Positions 52,452 to 59,299 of a stretch of DNA of 62,127 nucleotides are shown one piece after another. Within the stretch, counting starts at the first letter, position 1. Each line of letters begins with the position of its first letter. The notes under the pieces were generated by a model. That model was not told the DNA's origin, did no database searches, and was given only the letters and a program-made list of their open reading frames with translations. This DNA is from Thermoanaerobaculia bacterium (GTDB lineage Bacteria > Acidobacteriota > Thermoanaerobaculia > Gp7-AA8), in contig DASVSV010000208.1 of the NCBI GenBank assembly GCA_036387915.1, forward strand, positions 1 to 62,127. Direction: 5' to 3'. The translations under genes were made by a program, and so were the position numbers.

Positions 52452-53591
52452 TCAGACCCCGTCGAAGGCGTTTTCGAGGTCGGCGATGAGGTCTTCGATG
52501 TCTTCGATGCCGACGGAGATGCGCACCAGGCCGGGGGTGATGCCGAGGCGGGTGCGGGTTTCGAGGGGGACGGAGGCGTGGGTCATGGTCTCGGGGTGCG
52601 AGATCAGGGTCTCGACGCCGCCCAGGGACTCGGCGAGGGAGCAGAGGCGGACGCGGTCGAGGAACTTCTTCGCGTTGTCGAGCGAGCCGAGATCGAAGGA
52701 GATCATCGAGCCGAAGCCGTTCATCTGGCGTTTGGCCAGCTCGTGCTGCGGGTGATCGGGCAGCCCGGGGTAGTAGATCTTCTGCACCTTCGAATGATTC
52801 GAAAGGTAGTTGGCCATGGCCACGCCGTTCTCCTCGTGGCGCTTCATGCGCACCGCGAGCGTCTTCACGCCGCGCAGCACGAGCCACGAGTCAAATGGCG
52901 AGAGGATCGCGCCGACCGCGTTCTGCAGGAAGCCGATCTGTTCGCCGAGCTCGTCGCTGTTCGAGATCACCGCGCCGCCGACGGAGTCGGAGTGTCCGTT
53001 GAGGAACTTCGTCGTCGAGTGCACGACGATGTCCGCACCGAGGTCGATCGGCTTCTGCAGCCAGGGCGAGCAGAACGTGTTGTCGACGACGACCAGTGCG
53101 CCGCCCTTGTGCGCGACGTCCGCGCAGGCGGCGAGATCGGTCACGGTCATCATCGGATTGGTCGGCGTCTCGAGAAACACGAGCCGCGTGTTCGCGCGCA
53201 TCGCGCTGCGCAGGTTGTCGACGTTCGACGTGTCGACGTACGTGAACTCCAGTCCGAACTTCTCCAGCACGCGGCTGAAGAGGCGGTACGAGCCGCCGTA
53301 CATGTTCTCGCCCGCGATCACGTGATCGCCCGATTTCAAAAGACGGAAAACGGTATCGGTGGCCGACATGCCGGACGCGAAGCAGTGCCCGTACTTGCCG
53401 CGCTCGAGCGCCGCGAGATTCGCTTCCAGCGCCGAGCGCGTGGGGTTCTTCGTGCGCGCGTACTCATAACCCTTGTGCCGTCCGAGCTCGGGCTGCACGT
53501 AGGTCGAGGTCTGGTAGATCGGGATGGTGACGGCGCCGGTATGCGGCTCCGGCTCCTGCCCGGCGTGGATGCAATCGGTGGAAAAACCCAT
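52452..53591 (-). CDS. Cys/Met-metabolism PLP enzyme (cystathionine gamma-synthase / gamma-lyase / beta-lyase family)
   Basis: MGFSTDCIHAGQEPEPHTGAV..PIYQTSTY...YARTKNPTR...HSTTKFLNGHSD (PLP-lysine box)...RISVGIEDIEDLIADL. Confidence 0.9.
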   Translation of the reverse strand: MGFSTDCIHAGQEPEPHTGAVTIPIYQTSTYVQPELGRHKGYEYARTKNPTRSALEANLAALERGKYGHCFASGMSATDTVFRLLKSGDHVIAGENMYGGSYRLFSRVLEKFGLEFTYVDTSNVDNLRSAMRANTRLVFLETPTNPMMTVTDLAACADVAHKGGALVVVDNTFCSPWLQKPIDLGADIVVHSTTKFLNGHSDSVGGAVISNSDELGEQIGFLQNAVGAILSPFDSWLVLRGVKTLAVRMKRHEENGVAMANYLSNHSKVQKIYYPGLPDHPQHELAKRQMNGFGSMISFDLGSLDNAKKFLDRVRLCSLAESLGGVETLISHPETMTHASVPLETRTRLGITPGLVRISVGIEDIEDLIADLENAFDGV

Positions 53592-53609
53592 GTGGCCTCG
53601 CTTTGCTCG

Positions 53610-53681
53610 GGATTGAGGATGCAGGATTGAGGATTGAGGATTCGCCGCCGTCCTCAATCCTCAATCCTCAATTCTCAATCC
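53610..53681. repeat. Inverted repeat built from tandem GATTGAG-type heptamers around a GC-rich loop
   Basis: A perfect 18-bp stem pairs 53623-53640 (AGGATTGAGGATTGAGGA) with 53651-53668, with a 10-nt loop TTCGCCGCCG. The stem extends imperfectly to about 31 nt. It lies in the 83-nt gap between the two transsulfuration genes. Confidence 0.8.
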
Positions 53682-54676
53682 CTTTTGCGCCACCGCGAGT
53701 ACACGCCTTTCGACATGTAGCGCTCCGAGGCGTCGGGGATGACGGTCACGACGCGCTTGCCGCGTCCGAGGCGTTGAGCGACTTCGAGTGCGGCGGCGAC
53801 GTTCGCGCCGGCGGAGGACGCGCCGAGGATCCCTTCCTCGGCCGCGAGCCGCGCGACCATGTCGAACGCGGGATCGTCGTCGACGCGGATCACGTCCGTC
53901 GCCAGCGACATGTCGAGGACGGGAGGGATGAACGCCGATGCGCCGATGCCTTCCACTTCGTGCGGACCTGCTTCGCCGCCTTTGAGGATCGACCCCTGCG
54001 GCTCGACCACGTAACACTGCACGTCGGGCAGCCGTTCGCGCAGGTAGCGGGCCACGCCGCTGAACGTGCCGCCGGTGCCCGCGCCCGCGACCCACGCGTC
54101 GACGCGGCCGTCGAGCTGTTCGAAGATCTCCGGGCCCGTGGACTCGTAATGCTCCTGGGCGTTGAACGGATTCGCGAACTGCTGCGGCACATACGCGCCG
54201 TCGATCTCGCTCGCGAGCTCCTCGGCTTTGGCGATGGCGGCCTTCATGCCGCCGTCTTTCGGCGTGAGAATCACCTCGCCGCCGAGGGCCTTCATCACTT
54301 CGCGCTTCTCGGTCGAGAAATGCTCGGGGACGCAGAGGATGACGCGGTAGCCCTTCTGCACGCCGGCCAGGGCCAGGGCAACGCCGGTGTTGCCCGCGGT
54401 CGGCTCGACGATCGTGCCGCCGGGCTTCAGCAGGCCGGCACGCTCGGCGCGCTCGATCATGCCGATGCCGATGCGGTCCTTCACCGAGAAGCCGGGATTG
54501 AGCAGCTCGAGCTTGACGTAGATGTCCGCGTCGTCGGGGCCGGTGATCCTGCGCAGACGCACCATGGGCGTGTTGCCGATGAGATCGAGGATGGAATCGA
54601 CGGGGCGGGGGTTCGGGCGTGTCAAGCGGCGCGGATCATAACCCAGGGCGCGGCACGTAAAGCGCAGGGTAGGCAA
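53675..54676 (-). CDS. Cysteine synthase / cystathionine beta-synthase-family PLP enzyme (no CBS pair domains)
   Basis: ILDLIGNTPMVRL...NPGFSVKDRIG...GNTGVALA...GTGGTFSG. The start is uncertain: the longest ORF uses TTG 54676, and an internal TTG at 54625 gives a more typical N-terminus. Confidence 0.88.
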   Translation of the reverse strand: MPTLRFTCRALGYDPRRLTRPNPRPVDSILDLIGNTPMVRLRRITGPDDADIYVKLELLNPGFSVKDRIGIGMIERAERAGLLKPGGTIVEPTAGNTGVALALAGVQKGYRVILCVPEHFSTEKREVMKALGGEVILTPKDGGMKAAIAKAEELASEIDGAYVPQQFANPFNAQEHYESTGPEIFEQLDGRVDAWVAGAGTGGTFSGVARYLRERLPDVQCYVVEPQGSILKGGEAGPHEVEGIGASAFIPPVLDMSLATDVIRVDDDPAFDMVARLAAEEGILGASSAGANVAAALEVAQRLGRGKRVVTVIPDASERYMSKGVYSRWRKRD

Positions 54677-54693
54677 ACGATGATCGAGAACGA

Positions 54694-54723
54694 AAACGGC
54701 CGGCGTTTGCGCGCCGGCCGTTT
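54694..54723 (-). terminator. Rho-independent terminator of the zinc-ribbon gene
   Basis: A 12-bp GC-rich stem AAACGGCCGGCG/CGCCGGCCGTTT with a 6-nt loop. On the minus strand it is followed by TTTTCGTTCTC. It lies 33 nt downstream of the stop at 54756. Confidence 0.65.
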
Positions 54724-54755
54724 GGAATCGAAGGGTCGATTTGAATCGAAAGGGG

Positions 54756-55079
54756 TTACGCCCAGCTCGAGGGGCGGCTGTTCGAGCGGCGCTGGTTGTA
54801 GCAATCGCGGCAGTAGACCGGCTTGCCGCTCACCGGGGTGAACGGAACCTCGGTCGGGATGCCGCAGCTGTCGCACGTGACGCTCACCATCTGGCGCGAA
54901 CGGCCGTCGGAACCGCCGTTGCCATCGCGCGAGACCTTCCGCTTGTCGCGGCAGTTCTTGCAGCGCTTCGGCTCGTTCGTGAATCCGCGCTCGGCGTAGA
55001 ACGCCTGCTCGTTGCGGCTGAAGATGAACTCCTGTCCACAGTCGGCACAGTTGAGGGACTTATCGTTGAAAGTGTCCAT
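54756..55079 (-). CDS. Zinc-ribbon protein with duplicated CxxC-x17-CxxC motif
   Basis: MDTFNDKSLNCADCGQEFIFSRNEQAFYAERGFTNEPKRCKNCR...VTCDSCGIPTEVPFTPVSGKPVYCRDCY is a widespread small zinc-binding family. ATG 55079 is chosen over the longest ORF start at 55121. Confidence 0.8.
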   Translation of the reverse strand: MDTFNDKSLNCADCGQEFIFSRNEQAFYAERGFTNEPKRCKNCRDKRKVSRDGNGGSDGRSRQMVSVTCDSCGIPTEVPFTPVSGKPVYCRDCYNQRRSNSRPSSWA

Positions 55080-55351
55080 GAAACCTTGATCTCCTAACGG
55101 TTTGTAGCCTGGTGATTGCATTTGCCGCAGCGGGTGTCACGTGCGGGGGGCCGCGACCCTGCCCCCGCCTGATGGATGAAAACTACGAGTGCGTTTGGAA
55201 TCGACCCCCTTCCGAGTCCACGGGAACAACACGATTCCCCCAACGAACGCCGCTGTCCGATTTGGAGGTGTTCATATTGATCCCGATGGCTGGCGTTTTA
55301 GCATAGCTTTCCGAGGAATGTCACGAAGAAGGATGGAACTCAAAATAAATC

Positions 55352-55365
55352 GTCAAGGTCTTGAC
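55352..55365. promoter_or_regulatory. Palindrome GTCAAGGTCTTGAC immediately upstream of the DUF72 start (second copy of the MarR-proximal motif)
   Basis: 12 of 14 positions are identical to 51947-51960. The extended CGTCAAGnTnTTGACCAy matches at 15 of 18. It lies 5 nt before GTG 55371. Confidence 0.4.
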
Positions 55366-55370
55366 CATCG

Positions 55371-56225
55371 GTGAAAACCAGCAAAATTAGAATCGGTCCC
55401 GCCGGGTGGAGCTACAAGGATTGGGAGGGCGTGGTGTATCCGCCGCACGGCTCGAAGTTCGATCCGCTCGGCTATCTGGCCGGCTTCTTCGACACCATCG
55501 AGATCAACTCGCCGTTCTACCGGATCCCGCCGCCGAATCACGCCACGAGCTGGGCGCGCCGGGTCGCGTCGAACGCCGATTTCAAGTTCACGACGAAGGT
55601 CTTCCGCGGCTTCACGCACGAGAAGGCCACGCTGGAAAAGGCCGACCTCAAAGCGTTCCGCAACTATCTCGATCCGCTGATGGAGGCCGATCGCCTCGGC
55701 GCGATCCTGCTGCAGTTTCCGTGGAGCTTCAAGAACACACCCGAGTCGCGCGTGCGCCTCGTCGACCTGTTCGAGGCCTTCGCCGACTATCCGAAAGCAC
55801 TCGAGGTGCGCCACGCCACGTTTCAGGAGCCGGAGTTCTACGAGTTCCTCGACGAGCACGACGTCGGCTGGGTGAACGTCGATCAGCCGCTCTTCTCCGA
55901 TTCCGTGAAACCGTCCGACACGGTGACCGGCCCCGTCGCGTATGCGCGTCTGCACGGCCGCAATTACGAGAAGTGGTTCGCGCACAACGAGTCGTGGGAG
56001 CGATACAACTATCTCTATTCGCCGAAGGAGCTCGAGCCCTGGGTCGAGCGCATCGGCAAGATGGCCAAGAACACGGACACGTACGTCGTGACCAACAACC
56101 ACTTCCGCGGCCAGGCCATCCTCAACGCGGGCGAGCTCAAAGAGTCGCTCGGACAGAACGGAGACGTTCCGCCGCAGTTGCAGGAAGCGTATCCGGAGAG
56201 GTTCGAGGGAAAAGGCAAAAGGTAA
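55371..56225 (+). CDS. DUF72 (UPF0759, YecE-like) family protein
   Basis: IRIGPAGWSYKDWEGVVYP....FDTIEINSPFY... has the typical DUF72 N-terminus, and the 284-aa length fits. Confidence 0.85.
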   Translation: MKTSKIRIGPAGWSYKDWEGVVYPPHGSKFDPLGYLAGFFDTIEINSPFYRIPPPNHATSWARRVASNADFKFTTKVFRGFTHEKATLEKADLKAFRNYLDPLMEADRLGAILLQFPWSFKNTPESRVRLVDLFEAFADYPKALEVRHATFQEPEFYEFLDEHDVGWVNVDQPLFSDSVKPSDTVTGPVAYARLHGRNYEKWFAHNESWERYNYLYSPKELEPWVERIGKMAKNTDTYVVTNNHFRGQAILNAGELKESLGQNGDVPPQLQEAYPERFEGKGKR

Positions 56226-56315
56226 AAGGGAAAAGTGGCTTCGCCGGATTCGCGCTGACGCGATGCGACCGCCGCGTAGCGGCACTTTTACCTTTCTCCC
56301 TTTACCTTTCACCTC
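56206..56315. repeat. Imperfect inverted repeat built from purine-rich AAAAGGN-type short repeats around a 44-nt GC-rich loop
   Basis: The arm at 56206-56238 (GAGGGAAAAGGCAAAAGGTAAAAGGGAAAAGTG) matches the reverse complement of 56283-56315 at 26 of 33 positions. The left arm overlaps the DUF72 stop, and the right arm ends 20 nt before the selB ATG. Confidence 0.65.
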
Positions 56316-56334
56316 GCATGTACGATTCGCGCCG

Positions 56335-58212
56335 ATGACTCGCAAGAAACGCGTGGTCGGGACGGCCGGCCACATCGATCACGGAAAAACTTCGCTGGTG
56401 CGCGCGCTGACCGGCATCGACACCGATCGCCTTCCCGAAGAGAAGCGCCGCGGCATCACCATCGACCTCGGGTTTGCGAGCTGGTTCACCGACGACTATC
56501 AGATCGGTTTCGTCGACGTGCCCGGCCATGAACGCTTCGTGAAGAACATGCTGGCCGGCGTGGGCGGCATCGACAGCGTGCTGCTCGTCGTCGCCGCGGA
56601 CGAGTCGATCAAGCCGCAGACGCGCGAGCATTTCGCGATCTGCAAGCTCCTCGGCATCCCCTCCGGCGTCGTGGCCATGACCAAGAGCGATCTCGTCGAG
56701 CGCGACATCCTCGAGCTCGTGCGCATGGAAGTGGAGGAGCTCGCCGCCGGCAGTTTCCTCGAAGGAAAGCCGGTCATTCCGGTCAGCAGCACCACCGGCG
56801 CGGGACTCGACGACCTGCGCGCGGCGATCGTCGAATCCGTCTCTGCAGTCGGCGATCGCGATGCGAGCACGCGCGTGTTCCGTCTGCCCATCGACCGTGT
56901 CTTCACGATGAAAGGCTTCGGCTCCGTCATCACCGGCACGACGCTCTCCGGACGCGTGCGCGTCGAAGACGAAGTGGAAGTGCTGCCCGCCGCGCGCACC
57001 AGCCGCGCGCGCGCGATCCAAGTGCACGGCGAGGCGCGCGACGAAGCGTCGGCCGGCGAACGGACGTCGATGAACCTCGCCGACATTCCGCTCGAAGAGA
57101 TCCAGCGGGGGCATCAGGTCCTGCATCCGAACACGCTGCGGCCGTCGCAGGTCATCACCGTGCGGCTCGAGCTGCTGCCGGACGCGAAGCCGCTCAAGGA
57201 GCAGACCCGCATCCGCTTTCATCACCTCTCCGCCGAGCTCCTCGGCACGATCCGCTTCGTCGACGTCACGGACGGCGAGCTGCGTCCCGGCGACGGTGCG
57301 TTCGCGCAGATCCGGCTCGAGTCGCCGGTGGTCGCGGCCGCGGGCGACCGCTTCGTCATCCGCCGCTACTCACCCGCGTTCACGATCGGCGGCGGCGTGG
57401 TGCTCGACGCGCATCTGTCGAAGCTCAGCCGCGGCACGCGCGCGGAATTGCTGGAGATTCTGGCCAGCGGCTCGCTGCCGCAACGGGTCGAGCTGATCGC
57501 GAAACTGCAGGGACTGCGCGGCGTGACCATCGACGAACTGCAGGCGCGTACCGGCATCCGCGCGGAGTCGCTGACGAAAGAGCTGCGCAGCGTGCCAAAC
57601 GCGGTGAAGACCGGCAGCACGTTCCTGCACGACGACGTGCTGGCGGACTTTCGCCGCAAGGCGATGGAGTTCCTGGACGGCTACTTCAAGAGCAACAAGA
57701 TGGCCGTGAACGTGCCGAAGAGCGAGTTCGTGCAGAAGCTCATCCCCGCCGGCGCGCCGGTGAATTTCCTGCTGAACGATCTCGGCAAGGAGCAGATCGC
57801 GACGCTGCAGGGCGACGTTCTCGAGATCCCCGGCCGCTCCAAAACCCTCGGCGGCGCGGAAGGGGAACTGGCGCGCGAGATCGAAGCGCGCTACGCCGGC
57901 GCGGGACTGCAGACGCCCGCGACCTCGGAGCTGATCAAGACCATCCACCAGCGCACCAAGGTCATCGAAGGGATCATCGGCTTCCTGGTGAAGCAGGGAA
58001 CTTTGGTGCGGCTGGCAGAGGGCGTCTATCTCCATCGCGACGTCATCGCCGCGGCGCGCGAAAAGCTGTCGACGAAGAAGGGCGAGACGATCGACGTCGC
58101 GCAGTTCAAGGACCTGTTCGGCATCTCGCGCAAGGTGGCCATTCCGCTGCTCGAGTACTTTGACAAGGAAGGCGCCACCAAGCGCGTCGGCGATTCGCGA
58201 ACGGTGCTTTGA
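56335..58212 (+). CDS. selB: Selenocysteine-specific translation elongation factor
   Basis: [51 protein letters not shown], and long C-terminal winged-helix repeats. ATG 56335 gives the canonical N-terminus. Confidence 0.9.
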   Translation: MTRKKRVVGTAGHIDHGKTSLVRALTGIDTDRLPEEKRRGITIDLGFASWFTDDYQIGFVDVPGHERFVKNMLAGVGGIDSVLLVVAADESIKPQTREHFAICKLLGIPSGVVAMTKSDLVERDILELVRMEVEELAAGSFLEGKPVIPVSSTTGAGLDDLRAAIVESVSAVGDRDASTRVFRLPIDRVFTMKGFGSVITGTTLSGRVRVEDEVEVLPAARTSRARAIQVHGEARDEASAGERTSMNLADIPLEEIQRGHQVLHPNTLRPSQVITVRLELLPDAKPLKEQTRIRFHHLSAELLGTIRFVDVTDGELRPGDGAFAQIRLESPVVAAAGDRFVIRRYSPAFTIGGGVVLDAHLSKLSRGTRAELLEILASGSLPQRVELIAKLQGLRGVTIDELQARTGIRAESLTKELRSVPNAVKTGSTFLHDDVLADFRRKAMEFLDGYFKSNKMAVNVPKSEFVQKLIPAGAPVNFLLNDLGKEQIATLQGDVLEIPGRSKTLGGAEGELAREIEARYAGAGLQTPATSELIKTIHQRTKVIEGIIGFLVKQGTLVRLAEGVYLHRDVIAAAREKLSTKKGETIDVAQFKDLFGISRKVAIPLLEYFDKEGATKRVGDSRTVL

Positions 58213-58221
58213 CTATGGAGT

Positions 58222-58251
58222 GCGGCGGCCTTTCGCCGCCGCTTTCAAATT
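58222..58251 (+). terminator. Rho-independent terminator of selB (left copy of a duplicated cassette)
   Basis: GCGGCGGC-CTTTC-GCCGCCGC followed by TTTCAAATT, beginning 10 nt after the selB TGA. Confidence 0.7.
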
Positions 58252-58335
58252 CGGTTGCGAGACACGATGACGTCGCACGTTACGATGCGGTCGAGTGACG
58301 CGCAAGCTCTCGCCGTCTCGGTCGCACGAGTTCCC

Positions 58336-58364
58336 GAATTAGAAAGCGGCGGCCGGGCCGCCGC
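58336..58364 (-). terminator. Rho-independent terminator (right, inverted copy of the same cassette) behind the small minus-strand ORF
   Basis: The minus strand reads GCGGCGG-CCCGG-CCGCCGC followed by TTTCTAATT, beginning about 10 nt after the TGA at 58374-58376. Confidence 0.65.
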
Positions 58365-58373
58365 ACTCCATAG

Positions 58374-58541
58374 TCAGTCCTCGTTTACTCCGCTGTTCCA
58401 CGAGGGTGGGTCGCTCGCGGGGAACGACTCGGCGATCGCTTCGTCGATGCGGTCCTCGCTGTCCATCGGCGGCTCCGGGTCCCTGAGCGGGTCGATGCGG
58501 CCGCCGCGCTCCTTCTGCCAGTCTCTCTGCGGTGGTTCCAT
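58374..58541 (-). CDS. Small (55 aa) conserved-looking protein with C-terminal ESFPASDPPSW motif
   Basis: Hand translation gives MEPPQRDWQKERGGRIDPLRDPEPPMDSEDRIDEAIAESFPASDPPSWNSGVNED. It falls below the ORF-track length cutoff. I remember the (D/E)xSFPASDPP(S/A)W motif recurring in small bacterial proteins. A dedicated terminator follows its stop. No obvious Shine-Dalgarno is present. Confidence 0.5.
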   Translation of the reverse strand: MEPPQRDWQKERGGRIDPLRDPEPPMDSEDRIDEAIAESFPASDPPSWNSGVNED

Positions 58542-58567
58542 GGCGGAGAGCGCTGCGGGAAGCGCGC

Positions 58568-59299
58568 CTATTGCGCGGGCTTCGGCTTCGGTGTGACGTC
58601 TTTGTAGTCCTTCGGCAGCGCGAGCACCGACTGCGGGACCTCTCTCTGCACGATGCCGGTGACGGTGCGCTCGACGACGAGCTTGTCATTGCCGAGGGGG
58701 ACTTCGGTGCGGTCGGAGAGGGGGAAGCCGCGCTCGCGGACGAGGACCTCGTCGACGGCGCGCATCATCGGGGCGAGCGGCGAGGACGGGGTGTCGCTGG
58801 CGTGCATCATGGCGAAGAGGCCGCGCGGGATCTGCGGATGCTCGCCGAGCCAGAGCTCGCGGCGATAGGCGCCCGATTGGATCACCACCTGTTGCGCATT
58901 CGCGCCGAGGAAGGCCTTGCGCTCGTTGGTGCGGGCCAGCTTCGCGCGCGGGTAGTGCGCCGGAAGGGCAGCGTCCAGCGTCGCGCCGCGCGTCTTGACG
59001 ATCGACGCGAGTGCTTCCGTGCGGATGGTCTTCTCCACGTCGTCGACGTACGTCACCGTGTCAGCCTTCGTGTCGAAGAGGCGCCAGGTCTCGTGCTCGC
59101 CCATGCTGCGGGCGCGGTCGCCCGCGATGACCAGCGTGTGGTCGAAGGTCTTGTCGGGCGCGACGGTCGTACGGATCGTGACCACGGTCGCGCGCACCTG
59201 CGGCCCGGCGGCGGCGGGCTTTTTCGCGGAAGGCTGCTGCTGCGCCGGTTTGCATGAGACGCAAACCGCAACGGCGACGAAGATGGCCAGGTGTCGCAC
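58568..59299 (-). CDS. Lipoprotein of unknown function
   Basis: GTG start, MRHLAIFVAVAVCVSC lipobox, 243 aa. The start overlaps the polA stop by 1 nt. Confidence 0.75.
   Translation of the reverse strand: MRHLAIFVAVAVCVSCKPAQQQPSAKKPAAAGPQVRATVVTIRTTVAPDKTFDHTLVIAGDRARSMGEHETWRLFDTKADTVTYVDDVEKTIRTEALASIVKTRGATLDAALPAHYPRAKLARTNERKAFLGANAQQVVIQSGAYRRELWLGEHPQIPRGLFAMMHASDTPSSPLAPMMRAVDEVLVRERGFPLSDRTEVPLGNDKLVVERTVTGIVQREVPQSVLALPKDYKDVTPKPKPAQ

Noticed and set aside
58213-58373. tRNA-Sec (selC) or another tRNA downstream of selB.
   Set aside because: There is no acceptor stem or T-loop (GGTTCGAnTCC-like) pattern. The region is explained by two inverted terminator cassettes and a spacer.
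58255-58689. ORFs 58255-58596 (+) and 58339-58689 (-).
   Set aside because: Both run through the terminator cassettes and the 3' end of the lipoprotein gene, with Arg/Ser/Pro-rich low-complexity products. The short 58374-58541 ORF in another frame explains the region better.
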